A stretch of DNA of 64,000 bases. It comes from Thermoanaerobaculia bacterium (GTDB lineage Bacteria > Acidobacteriota > Thermoanaerobaculia > Gp7-AA8). The notes beneath the pieces are model-generated. The model made no database searches, had not been told where the DNA came from, and saw only the letters and a list, made by a program, of their open reading frames with translations. The stretch spans positions 20,395-84,394 of the forward strand of contig JBAZBK010000014.1 of assembly GCA_041671505.1 (NCBI GenBank), written 5' to 3'. A program made the translations under genes and the position numbers. Positions 8,213-17,549 of this stretch are shown piece by piece (position 1 is the stretch's first letter; each line of letters starts with the position of its first letter).

Positions 8213-9739
8213 TCAAGTCAGCAGACACGCTCCTGGCACGAGTCCCATCGGCCTTCGCGCCAACCGATCGGCCGCTGCGCCCTCGCCCGCCTCGCGCAGC
8301 AGCGCGATCTCGAGTGACCTCGCCAGGCGATCCATCCATCCACGCGCCTGCCGCTCCTCGATCGACTCGAACGCGCTCTCCAGCGCGGCGGCTTCTTCGG
8401 GAAGCACGCGCGCGATCCGCGCGAGCGTGATGCGATGCCCCTCGTCCTTATGCGCGGCGCGCAGAGCGTCGAGCGCGAGGATATTCGTCGTCCCTTCCCA
8501 GATCGGAAGAACCTGGGCATCACGCAGCAGCCGCGGCATCGGCGACTCCTCGATGTAGGCGTTTCCGCCGATGAGCTCCATGCACTCCGAGACGACCGGC
8601 ACGGCGAGCTTGCCCGTCACCGCCTTGACGACCGGGGTCAGGAACCGCCGCTCGCGTGCGGCGTTCTCGTCGCCGCGATCCGCCTTTCCCAACAGGTCGA
8701 CCGTCTCAAAGGTCAGATGTAGCGCGCCGAGCTGCTCCGCTTCGGCGTCGAGGAGCGTCTCCTGCGCCAGAGCGTGCTCGATCACCCGCTTCCCGAACGC
8801 GCGCCTCCGCTCGATGTAGTAGCGCGCCTCGTGGATCGCGCGACCCATGACCGCCACCGCAGCGACCGAGTTGTAGAGGCGCGAGAGGTTCAGCATCTCG
8901 GCGATCGAGTGAAAGTCGCCGACTTCGACCGCGGGAACCGACGCGAGCGTCACCTCGCCGGTCGGCATCGACCGGACGCCTATCTTGTCCTTGATGCGGT
9001 CGATCGTCAGCCCGGGCGCCTCGCTGCGGAGAACGAGCCAGGTCTTCAGCCCTTTCGTTCCAGCCGGCGCTCCTTCGGGGCGTGCGGTCGCGAGGATCGC
9101 GTCGGCGTCGACGTTCGAGCAGAACCACTTCGTCCCCGTCAGCCACCAGAGCCCGAGCGAGTCCTGTCGCGCGATCGCCTCGTTCGCGCCGACGTCGGAG
9201 CCGCCGACCTTCTCGGTGAGGAACATCGCACCCGTCCAGAGCGTGCCCGGATCCGTCGACGCCAGCCGGTCGATCGTGGAGGAGAAGCGGTCGCGACCAC
9301 CGAACAGGCTGAGGATTCGCGCCACCCCGTCGGTCATGCAGACGGGGCAGTAGAGCCCCATCTCGCCCATGGCGAAAAGGTAGCCTAACGCGAACCCCGT
9401 GAGCTGGAGCGCATCGGGGTGGGCGGCCAGCGCGGCCGGGTCGTACTTCATCCCGACCATCCCCGAGCCGTACGCGATCGACTGCATCTCGCGGTAGGCG
9501 GGGTGGTAGTCGATCCGGTCGACGCGATTGCCGCGCGCGTCGTGCGTCACCAGGCGCGGTGACTCGCGGTCGGCGATCGCGGCGCGCGGCGCGACCTCTC
9601 GCACGGCCGTCTCCCCCATCGCGGCGAGCTGCGGCTCCGCCCACGCGAGGTCGACTGCGCTCAATTTCGCTTCGAGGATCTTCCGGAGTGCGGGAGATGC
9701 GTCCCAGTAGGAAACGTCAGGCGGTTCGGGAATCGGCAT
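8213..9739 (-). CDS. Acyl-CoA dehydrogenase family protein (AidB-like)
   Basis: Translation from internal Met (MPIPEPPDVSYWDASPALRKILEAKLS...) of track ORF 8213..9823. N-terminal AidB-like region, ACAD middle and C-terminal domains. The upstream 28 codons of the track ORF run into the heptamer-array element. Confidence 0.8.
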   Translation of the reverse strand: MPIPEPPDVSYWDASPALRKILEAKLSAVDLAWAEPQLAAMGETAVREVAPRAAIADRESPRLVTHDARGNRVDRIDYHPAYREMQSIAYGSGMVGMKYDPAALAAHPDALQLTGFALGYLFAMGEMGLYCPVCMTDGVARILSLFGGRDRFSSTIDRLASTDPGTLWTGAMFLTEKVGGSDVGANEAIARQDSLGLWWLTGTKWFCSNVDADAILATARPEGAPAGTKGLKTWLVLRSEAPGLTIDRIKDKIGVRSMPTGEVTLASVPAVEVGDFHSIAEMLNLSRLYNSVAAVAVMGRAIHEARYYIERRRAFGKRVIEHALAQETLLDAEAEQLGALHLTFETVDLLGKADRGDENAARERRFLTPVVKAVTGKLAVPVVSECMELIGGNAYIEESPMPRLLRDAQVLPIWEGTTNILALDALRAAHKDEGHRITLARIARVLPEEAAALESAFESIEERQARGWMDRLARSLEIALLREAGEGAAADRLARRPMGLVPGACLLT

Positions 9740-9774
9740 GAGGTCACCCCCAGCGACAGCGCTGCTGTCGAGTG

Positions 9775-9893
9775 AGAAACGACAAATGACAAATGACAAA
9801 GAGTGACTGCTCCGGGTCAGCAAAACCAGAAGCCTTGCGCTCCCAGTCTCTCTCCCCTTTCGTCATTTGTCATTCGTCATTTGTCATTCGTCT
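9775..9893. repeat. Heptamer-array-flanked cassette A: (CAAATGA/ACGACAA)n - 55-bp core - (TCGTCAT/TTGTCAT)n
   Basis: Left GAAACGACAAATGACAAATGACAAAG. Core GTGACTGCTCCGGGTCAGCAAAACCAGAAGCCTTGCGCTCCCAGTCTCTCTCCCC. Right TCGTCATTTGTCATTCGTCATTTGTCATTCGTC (4.5 heptamers). The arrays are reverse complements of each other. The right array encodes the last residues (..TQTNDK) and TGA stop of the STK gene 9877..12648. Coordinates +/-1. Confidence 0.7.
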
Positions 9894-12648
9894 GCGTCCG
9901 CGCCAGCAGCGGAATCGGGTCGGTGATCACGATCCGCTCCGCCTGGTCGTTCGCCGAGAGCACCATCGTCTTCCCGTCGGGAGAGAGCGAGAAGCTCTCC
10001 GGTGGAGCGAAGAGATCGAACGGCGTCAAATCGCGCCGTGTGGCGCGCGTGTCGCCGCCCGGCTCGAACTTCTGCATCCGAAGTCCGCACGCCCCGCTCT
10101 GTATACAGTCGAGAAATGCGAGCGACTTCCCGTCGGCCGACCATCGCGCCCGACCGGGAGAGAAGTTGCCCTGCATCCCTGCTGCCGGCGGATAGACGAG
10201 CTCGCTGACGCGCTGCACTTCCCCGCCGTCGATGCTCACGACGGACAGGAAACGTGTTCCGACCATCGAGGTCGAGTACGCGACCCACTTCCCGTCGGGC
10301 GAGACCTCAGGGAGCTGCGCCGTGCCTTCACTCGAGATGCGGGTGTCACCCTTCCCGTCGGGGTGGATCTTCCAGACGCCGGCACGAGTAGAGTTGTACG
10401 AGTTGTAGACGACCCATTGTCCGTCGGGGGTCATCGTCGGATTCTCCGCGTCGACGCCGTCGCTCGTCAGCTTGCGCGCGCCGGTGCCGTCCGCGTTCGC
10501 GATCCAGATCTCGTAGTTGCCCGAGCGCCGGGAGCTCCAGAGCAGGTATTTCCCGTCAGGGCTCATCGCCGGATCGAAATCGTCCGCAGGATCCTCGGTT
10601 AGGCGCCGCAGCGCGCCATCTTCGGTCGACACGCTCCAGATGTCGAGGTTCCCGCTCATCGTCGTCGAGAAGACGACGAGCTTGCCGTCGCGCGAGTACG
10701 CCGGCTGGCGATCCTGGCTCGCTCCGCGCGTGAGCCAGCGCCCGGTTCCGCCCGCCGCGCCCGGCAACGGCAGCTCGTGCAGATTTTGCCTAACTACGAT
10801 CTGGTCGACGATCACCCGCCCGTCATTCGTCACGTCGAGACGGAAGACCGGCTCCTGGGTGTAGAAGAGGTTCAGCGACTCGCCTGTCACGAGATTCTTC
10901 AGGAAGACGCGACTCCCCATCCCGCTCGGCGCGTACGTCGTCGAGGTCACCTCGGCCATCACGACGCGGTCGTTGTCGATCCAGGCGACGTTCGAGTGAA
11001 GCCCGGCATTCTGGAGCAGCTTCGGCTCGGTCACCTTCCCGTCGAGCCCGACGAGCGACGGCCGCCGGTTCCGGTAGCCGGGCGACGTGTCGGACACCGC
11101 GATGCGCTTTCCGTCGGGTGACCATCGCGGGTGCTGCCCCGCCATGTTCCTCAGCGTGGCGAGGTCGGTGAGCCCCGAACCGTCGGGATTCACGAGAAGC
11201 ACCTTCGTGTCGTAGCCGTCCTTGCGCTGGACCTGGCGCAGCACTGCGATGCGCGAGCCGTCGGGCGACCAGGCCGCGTCGACGCCGTCCTCGATGATGC
11301 GCCTCGGTGCGCCGCCTAACGCCGGAACCCTAAAGACGTCGGACTTCCCGCTGCCACCCTGCCGAACGAAGAGAACCGTAGCGCCGTCGGGCGAGAAGCT
11401 CGGAGTCCCGTCGGTGCCTTCGGTGAGCGCCAGCTCGCCGCCCCCTTCGATCTGCCGCAGCCAGATTCGCGCGCGACCGTCCCGCGACGACGCGAACGCG
11501 ACCATGCGTCCGTCGGGTGAAGCTGCCGGATGCAGGTCGTGGCCGGAGAACGTGAACGGGCGAAGCACCTGCGCGGGGATGTGGGTCGTGTCCGCACTCC
11601 CTCCGCCTGCACCGCGCTTCGCGATCCAGCCGATCGCGATGCCCGCGAGGAGCGACACGAGCGCGACCACGGCGACGAAACGCCGCGAGGCCCGAGGCCT
11701 CTCCGGCGCAAGGTCGAGCGCCTGCGCCTGCCCCGACATGCTCGAGAGATGGCCGAGCGCGAAGGCGACGTCGTGCATCGCGTGGAAACGCTCGTTGCGG
11801 TTCTTCTCGAGGCAATGCCTGACGATCTGGTCGAGCGCAGGGGAGACGCCCGACGTCGTCGAGCCTCTCGCGCTGGCAAGCTCCGGAGGATCCTCCTTGA
11901 GGATCGCGTTCATCGTCTCCACCTGCGAGTCGCCGCGGAACGCGCGGCGCCCGGTCAGCATCTCGTAGAGGACTGCGCCGAACGAGAAGATGTCGGTGCG
12001 GTGGTCGACAGCCTGTCCACGCACCTGCTCGGGCGACATGTAGCCGACGGTGCCCATCACCGTTCCCGGCGCGGTGTCGCGCTTCTGAGTCGCGGCGTCC
12101 TGATGGTCGCCGCCTTCGATTCCGGTCTGCTTCGCGAGACCGAAGTCGAGAATCTTCACGCGGCCGTCGGTGGTGACGAAGATGTTCTCCGGCTTGAGGT
12201 CGCGATGGACGACGCCGCGATCGTGCGCGGCGGCGAGCCCGGTAGCGATCTGCACGGCGTACTCGATCGCCTTCCGCTGCGGGATCGGAGAGACGCGCGT
12301 CGCATCGTCCTTCGCCGCGCCGGCGGCCTTCTCGTCGAGAAGGCCGCGGAGCGAATGCCCCTCGAGCAGCTCCATCGCGATGAAGGGCCCGCCCTCGTGC
12401 CGCCCCAGCTCGAAAATCGTCACGAGATTCGGATGATTGAGCGCCCCCGCCGCGCGTGCTTCCGACTCGAAGCGCGTCAGGCGGTCCTCGCTCTCGGCGA
12501 ACGACGGCGGCAGGATCTTGATCGCGACGTCACGCCCGATCCGTTCGTCACGCGCGCGATAGACCTCGCCCATGCCTCCGGCGCCGAGCGGCGCAAGGAT
12601 CTCGTAGTTGCCGATGCGGGTTCCGGGAGATACGGGCACGAAGACCAT
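9877..12648 (-). CDS. Serine/threonine protein kinase fused to TolB-like beta-propeller repeats (membrane-anchored)
   Basis: Start at internal Met (MVFVPVSPGTRIGNYEILAPLGAGGMGEVYRARD...) of track ORF. Hanks kinase motifs (VVHRDLKPENIF, DFGLA, GTVGYMSPEQ). A TM segment, then many SPDG/WSPDG TolB-type blades. The C-terminus and stop lie inside heptamer array A. Confidence 0.8.
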   Translation of the reverse strand: MVFVPVSPGTRIGNYEILAPLGAGGMGEVYRARDERIGRDVAIKILPPSFAESEDRLTRFESEARAAGALNHPNLVTIFELGRHEGGPFIAMELLEGHSLRGLLDEKAAGAAKDDATRVSPIPQRKAIEYAVQIATGLAAAHDRGVVHRDLKPENIFVTTDGRVKILDFGLAKQTGIEGGDHQDAATQKRDTAPGTVMGTVGYMSPEQVRGQAVDHRTDIFSFGAVLYEMLTGRRAFRGDSQVETMNAILKEDPPELASARGSTTSGVSPALDQIVRHCLEKNRNERFHAMHDVAFALGHLSSMSGQAQALDLAPERPRASRRFVAVVALVSLLAGIAIGWIAKRGAGGGSADTTHIPAQVLRPFTFSGHDLHPAASPDGRMVAFASSRDGRARIWLRQIEGGGELALTEGTDGTPSFSPDGATVLFVRQGGSGKSDVFRVPALGGAPRRIIEDGVDAAWSPDGSRIAVLRQVQRKDGYDTKVLLVNPDGSGLTDLATLRNMAGQHPRWSPDGKRIAVSDTSPGYRNRRPSLVGLDGKVTEPKLLQNAGLHSNVAWIDNDRVVMAEVTSTTYAPSGMGSRVFLKNLVTGESLNLFYTQEPVFRLDVTNDGRVIVDQIVVRQNLHELPLPGAAGGTGRWLTRGASQDRQPAYSRDGKLVVFSTTMSGNLDIWSVSTEDGALRRLTEDPADDFDPAMSPDGKYLLWSSRRSGNYEIWIANADGTGARKLTSDGVDAENPTMTPDGQWVVYNSYNSTRAGVWKIHPDGKGDTRISSEGTAQLPEVSPDGKWVAYSTSMVGTRFLSVVSIDGGEVQRVSELVYPPAAGMQGNFSPGRARWSADGKSLAFLDCIQSGACGLRMQKFEPGGDTRATRRDLTPFDLFAPPESFSLSPDGKTMVLSANDQAERIVITDPIPLLARTQTNDK

Positions 12649-12879
12649 AGGATAAACCGAACCGGGCGGCTTGTCGGGCAAATCGGTGACCGTCCCACCC
12701 CGCTGCGTCGAGTCGCGTCCGTCGTCAGCGCTCCAGCGCGGCTCGCGCGACGCATGGGGCCTCACGGCCCGTCACGCGGGCAGCTGCGGGTTGCCCGATC
12801 GTCACATTTCTGCTTCAGCCGACGATCGGCCCGACGAACACGGATGCCGCCAACCGCGCTGCTCTGCTACGATCCAGCC

Positions 12880-13707
12880 ATGCCCGATCAACCGAACAAG
12901 CACGCCAGCAGTCCGCAGGCGAAAGAGATGGCGGACGAGTCGATGGTGCGGAACCTCGCGGCGCAGGCGGAGGCGATCTGGCCGCAGGAAGCGCCGGTCT
13001 TCGCGCGCCACCCGTTAGGCGCCGGCTCGGTCCTCGACCTCGGTTGCGGAACGGGCGAGATCGCGGCGAGGCTCGCGGAGATGTTCCCCGGTGCGTCGAT
13101 CGTCGGCGTCGATCTCGAGGAGCCTCACCTCGACCGCGCGCGCGCAAAGTGCGCGCCGTTCGGCGAGCGGGTCCGCTTCCAGACTGGCGACGCGCTCGCC
13201 CTTCCCTTCGCTGACGACCGCCTCGACCTCGTCGTCTGCCGCCACGTCCTCCAGGCAGTCCCCGACGCGCCGCGCGTTCTCGCCGAGATCAGGCGTGTCC
13301 TCCGGCCCGGCGGGCGCGCGCACCTCATCGCCGAGGACTACGGAATGCTCTGGTGCCACCCGACCGAGCTCGACGCCGACGACTTCTGGCAGAAGATTCC
13401 GCCGACGTACGCCGGCGCGGTCGGTTGCGACCTGCACGTGGGACGGAAAATGTTCACCCTGCTGCGAACCCTCGCGATGCGCGACATCGCCGTCGACTAC
13501 ATGGTCATCGACACGCTTCGTGTTCCGCGCGACACCTTCGCACGCATCTGGGAGGCGTGGCGCGACGGCTACACCGACTCGATCGCCGCGTTAGGCGTCA
13601 TCCCGCGCGAGGAAGTCGAGCGGCGCTGGCGCGAGATGATCGACTGCGCCCGCCACCCCAACGGCTACGCCCTCTGGCAGGTCCCGGTCTGGACGGCGAT
13701 GAAGTAG
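12880..13707 (+). CDS. Class I SAM-dependent methyltransferase
   Basis: ATG at 12880 in frame within long GC-rich track ORF 11530..13707. Motif I VLDLGCGTGEIA. Methyltransferase fold-like sequence through the C-terminus. Confidence 0.75.
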   Translation: MPDQPNKHASSPQAKEMADESMVRNLAAQAEAIWPQEAPVFARHPLGAGSVLDLGCGTGEIAARLAEMFPGASIVGVDLEEPHLDRARAKCAPFGERVRFQTGDALALPFADDRLDLVVCRHVLQAVPDAPRVLAEIRRVLRPGGRAHLIAEDYGMLWCHPTELDADDFWQKIPPTYAGAVGCDLHVGRKMFTLLRTLAMRDIAVDYMVIDTLRVPRDTFARIWEAWRDGYTDSIAALGVIPREEVERRWREMIDCARHPNGYALWQVPVWTAMK

Positions 13708-13720
13708 GAGCGACGCTTCC

Positions 13721-14347
13721 TCATTCCGTCGTTTCCGTCGCCAGCATTCCCGGCGACCAGCGGTAGACCATCTCGACCGACCCGAATTCGATCACGCCGC
13801 CGTCGCGCAACACCTCGGTCCGCTCGAGGGCGACGCCGTTGATCCGCGTTCCGTTCTTGCTCACGAGGTCGGTGATCGTCGCGCGCGCGCCGTCGATCGT
13901 AATCGAGGCGTGCTGGCGCGACACCGACGTCGACGCGATCCTCACCCTCGCCGCCGGGTCGCGGCCGACGAGATTCTCCCCGGGTACGAGAAAATACTCG
14001 CGATCGCCGCGGAGCAGTACGTGCTCGGCAGCCGGGGCGCCTTGCGGAGCGTTCGGTCCGGGTGCGCAGGCGTAGCCATGCCGGTGAACGGTGCGGATCG
14101 TCTCCTTGCCTTCGTCTCCCAGGGCCGTGCGAATCTCGCGGATGAGCATTGGGAGATTCGCTTCGACGACGAACGTGTCGGGCCAGAGCTTGTCGTAGAG
14201 CTCCCGCTTCGGCACCGCGCGCGGGCGGGCGGCGACGAGGATCTCGAGAAGGTCGAAGGCCTTGGGTGACAGGTGCACCGCCTCGGCGCCGCGGTGGAGC
14301 TGCCGCGCTTCGACATCGAGCTCACAGCCGCCGATCGTGTAGCGCAT
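13721..14347 (-). CDS. Transcriptional regulator with OmpR/PhoB-type winged-helix DNA-binding domain and C-terminal FHA domain
   Basis: N-terminal trans_reg_C-like (AFDLLEILVAARPRAVPKRELYDKLWPDTFVVEANL...IRTVHRHGY). C-terminal FHA signature (LVGRDPAARVRIASTSVSRQHASITIDG...SKNGTRING). No receiver domain. Sits between two Ser/Thr kinase genes. Confidence 0.7.
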   Translation of the reverse strand: MRYTIGGCELDVEARQLHRGAEAVHLSPKAFDLLEILVAARPRAVPKRELYDKLWPDTFVVEANLPMLIREIRTALGDEGKETIRTVHRHGYACAPGPNAPQGAPAAEHVLLRGDREYFLVPGENLVGRDPAARVRIASTSVSRQHASITIDGARATITDLVSKNGTRINGVALERTEVLRDGGVIEFGSVEMVYRWSPGMLATETTE

Positions 14348-14365
14348 GAGAAATTGTAGGTCTAT

Positions 14366-14791
14366 TCACCGTGAGCGATTCCAGTCGCCGCGGGCTACGA
14401 CTTCGGTCTTCGACCCGTCCGTGAAGGAGACAACCTGGCGGGTCAGCACGTAGACGGGCAGCCCTATCCTCCGCGCGAGCTCGGCGTCGCCACGCGAAGG
14501 GTAGGGCGTCGCGTTTGGATGCGTGTGGACGATTGCCACGGTCCCCTCGGGGATCGTGCCACGATACGTGGCGCGCAGGGTCTCGGCACCGTATTTCCAG
14601 GGGACGAGCTCGAGGCCTCCGTCCGCACCGCGGACGAGAAACGCGGCGCGCTCCGTCGTGGCCCGACCGTATTTCGCGGTTCTGAGCAATTCCCACGACT
14701 GCGAAATTGCACGGCGATCACGCACGAGATCGTTCGCCGACGCGGTGGCGGTGATCGAGAGAAGGGCGACGAGCATGAGTTGTTTCCACAT
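14366..14791 (-). CDS. Secreted small protein with JAB/MPN(+)-like metal motif (putative)
   Basis: Signal peptide MWKQLMLVALLSITATASA. The motif IVHTHPNATPYPSRGD fits the JAMM pattern HxHx7Sx2D. 141 aa. The assignment rests on the motif only. Confidence 0.45.
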   Translation of the reverse strand: MWKQLMLVALLSITATASANDLVRDRRAISQSWELLRTAKYGRATTERAAFLVRGADGGLELVPWKYGAETLRATYRGTIPEGTVAIVHTHPNATPYPSRGDAELARRIGLPVYVLTRQVVSFTDGSKTEVVARGDWNRSR

Positions 14792-14883
14792 GCCCGCAAG
14801 GTCGGTTGAACGGCGACACGAGGTCTATGTAAAGGATAGGGATTCCCTAGGGAGACATCGGGCAACACAGCGATGGCTCTACA

Positions 14884-17541
14884 ATGACTAGCGACCCCAT
14901 GATCGACACCCCGGATCTCGTCGGGACGCGCGTCGGGCGTTATGACGTGCTTTCGCTCCTCGGCCGAGGAGGCATGGGAGCGGTGTACGACGCTGTCGAC
15001 TCGACACTGGGCCGCCATGTCGCGTTGAAGGTTCTTCCCACTGCCGTGGCAGGTGACGCGAAACGACTCGCGCGCTTCGTGCAGGAGGCGCGGGCCGCGT
15101 CGGCGCTCAACCACCCGAACGTCGTGGCAATCTACGAGATCGGTCGTGAGTTGGTCGGCTCGCAAGAGATTTACTTCATCGCGATGGAGAAGGTGGAGGG
15201 ACGAAGCCTTCGCGCAGTCCTCTCAGGATCACGGCTGCCGATTCCTCAAGCGATCGAGCTCGTCGCGCAGATCTCCGATGCGATCGCGGCCGCGCATTCG
15301 GCGGGCATCGTTCACCGCGACCTCAAGCCGGAGAACGTCGTGATGTCGGGGCGCGGGACTCCGAAAGTCCTCGACTTCGGTCTCGCGAAGTTGCGTCTGG
15401 ACGACGAGATCTGGAGTCTCGACGGCGAGACCGCCATACGCTCGACCGCTTCAGGAGTCATCCTCGGCACGGTCGGCTACATGTCGCCCGAGCAAGCGCA
15501 GGGGAAGACGGCGGATCACCGCTCGGACATCTTCTCGCTGGGGTGCATCCTCTACGAAGCGGTCGCGGGACATCGCGCGTTCGCCGCCGGGTCATCGGTC
15601 GAGACACTGAGCGCGATCATCAACGCCGTCCCTTCGCCGCTTCGCGAGTCGAGCCCGTCCGCACCCGCGGAACTGCAGCGCATGGTCAGCAAGGCGATGG
15701 CGAAGCATGCCGACGAGCGATACCAGTCGGCGAAGGAGCTGTCGATCGACCTTCGCGCGATGTTGCGGGAGACCTCGGAGACGTCGACGTCCCCTCCACG
15801 CGCCACACCGCGTCGCTTCGCCGCGATCGCATTCCTCGTCGTGGCCGCGGTCCTCCTGATCGCCGCGATCGCATGGGTCGCTCGCTATCGAAGCGCAAGC
15901 CCCGCCCTGGAGCCTTCGAGCCTCTCGATGACCGTGCGACGCGTCACCGCGCGCGGGAACGTGGTGCACGCTGCGATCTCGCCTGACGGAAGGTTCGTCG
16001 CATTTTCTCTGCTGGACGGCCCCATCCGACTTCGGCAGCTCGCCACGGGCCAGGAGTTGGAGCTGTATCGCCCAGAAGGAACCGGCGTGTGGGGTGTGAC
16101 CTTCACTCCCGACGGCAACTCCGTCGTTTTCGTGGCGAAGGACCCGCAGAATCCTGTCGGATCCTGTTTCCGCATTCCTTCGATCGGAGGACGCCCGGAG
16201 CACCTCTTCGACGGGATCGACAGCGCCCCTTCCTTCTCGCCCGACGGAAGTCAGGTCACCTTCGTGCGCGGCGAGTTTCCGTCGCCTGGAGCGAGCGCGT
16301 TAGTGGTGGCGAACATCGACGGAAGCTCCTACAGGGCCATCGCTATCCGCAGATCGCCCGAGAGGTTCACGCCGAATTCTTTCACGGCACCGTCGTGGTC
16401 TCCCGACGGGAAGTGGATCGCCACCGCCGTGAAGCGCGACGCCGACCCTCAAACGTGCAAGCTGGTTCTGATCGATCCGAAAAGTGGAGCGGAGAAGGTG
16501 TTGCTCGACCGGAACTGGCCCTTCATCACCATGGCGGCGTGGCTGCCTGATGGCGGCGGAATCATCACGGTTGCCTCGAGTGAGAGCAGCGACATGATCG
16601 GCCTGCAATTGTGGCTCGTTTCCTATCCGAGCGGAGACGCGAAAAAGATCACCGGCGAGCTGGCGGCCTATCGTGGAGTCACCATCGCGGCCGACGGAAG
16701 TCAGCTCGTCTCGATCGTGATCGAGGCCAACGCGCAGATGTGGTCGGTGCCTCTCACGGATCCTCGCGCCGCGAAGAAAATATCGGCCGGACGATTCGAC
16801 GGCTGGCGCGGGCTCACGCTGACTCCGGACGGCCGCATTGTGTTCACGAGCGTCGAAGACCGCGTTCAAACGCTCATGATCAGCAATCGAGACGGCACCG
16901 AGCGCTCGCGCCTGACGCGGGATGACTACAGCAACCAATACCCGGCTGCGCTGCGCGACGGGGTTGCCTACGTTTCGTCGACGCCCGCCAGGAATGAAGT
17001 ATGCGTGATCGGATTCGACGGCGAAGAGCGTCGCGTTCTGGCATCCCATGTCGACGCCTCACCGATCGCAATCAGTCGCGATGGCGCCTGGCTCATCTTC
17101 AGGCGAAACCGGCGTCTCTGGAAGATGCCGATGAACGGAGGCGAGGCCAAGCAACTACTCACCGACGTTTCTTCGTCGCCAGAGTGGTCCCCCACGGGGG
17201 ACCGGATTGCGGTCCTTCTTGGAGATCCCGACATTTATGCCGCGCGGCTGGGCGTGATCTCGGCCGCGGACGGTCGTCTGCTCTGGCAGGCGCCGCTGAG
17301 CGGCGTTCGCGTCGGGTCGACGATTCGCTGGCTGCCCGACTCGAGCGGCCTCCTGGTCAACGGAGGTCCCGAAGACACCCGCAATCTCTGGGTCCATCCG
17401 TTCACCGGCAAACCGCGACGCCTGACTGAGTTCAACGACCAGCTCAGCTTCTTCTGGGACCTTTCAGCGGATGGCAAGGACGCGGTGATCGCGCGTGCCA
17501 CGATTTCTCGCGACGCAGTGTTGATCACCGATTTCCGTTAG
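14884..17541 (+). CDS. Serine/threonine protein kinase fused to TolB-like beta-propeller repeats
   Basis: N-terminal Hanks kinase (LGRGGMGAVYDA, IVHRDLKPENVV, DFGLA, GTVGYMSPEQ). TM segment (AIAFLVVAAVLLIAAIAWV). C-terminal repeated SPDG/WSPDG blades. Domain order as in 9877..12648. Confidence 0.85.
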   Translation: MTSDPMIDTPDLVGTRVGRYDVLSLLGRGGMGAVYDAVDSTLGRHVALKVLPTAVAGDAKRLARFVQEARAASALNHPNVVAIYEIGRELVGSQEIYFIAMEKVEGRSLRAVLSGSRLPIPQAIELVAQISDAIAAAHSAGIVHRDLKPENVVMSGRGTPKVLDFGLAKLRLDDEIWSLDGETAIRSTASGVILGTVGYMSPEQAQGKTADHRSDIFSLGCILYEAVAGHRAFAAGSSVETLSAIINAVPSPLRESSPSAPAELQRMVSKAMAKHADERYQSAKELSIDLRAMLRETSETSTSPPRATPRRFAAIAFLVVAAVLLIAAIAWVARYRSASPALEPSSLSMTVRRVTARGNVVHAAISPDGRFVAFSLLDGPIRLRQLATGQELELYRPEGTGVWGVTFTPDGNSVVFVAKDPQNPVGSCFRIPSIGGRPEHLFDGIDSAPSFSPDGSQVTFVRGEFPSPGASALVVANIDGSSYRAIAIRRSPERFTPNSFTAPSWSPDGKWIATAVKRDADPQTCKLVLIDPKSGAEKVLLDRNWPFITMAAWLPDGGGIITVASSESSDMIGLQLWLVSYPSGDAKKITGELAAYRGVTIAADGSQLVSIVIEANAQMWSVPLTDPRAAKKISAGRFDGWRGLTLTPDGRIVFTSVEDRVQTLMISNRDGTERSRLTRDDYSNQYPAALRDGVAYVSSTPARNEVCVIGFDGEERRVLASHVDASPIAISRDGAWLIFRRNRRLWKMPMNGGEAKQLLTDVSSSPEWSPTGDRIAVLLGDPDIYAARLGVISAADGRLLWQAPLSGVRVGSTIRWLPDSSGLLVNGGPEDTRNLWVHPFTGKPRRLTEFNDQLSFFWDLSADGKDAVIARATISRDAVLITDFR

Positions 17542-17549
17542 GCGACGGT

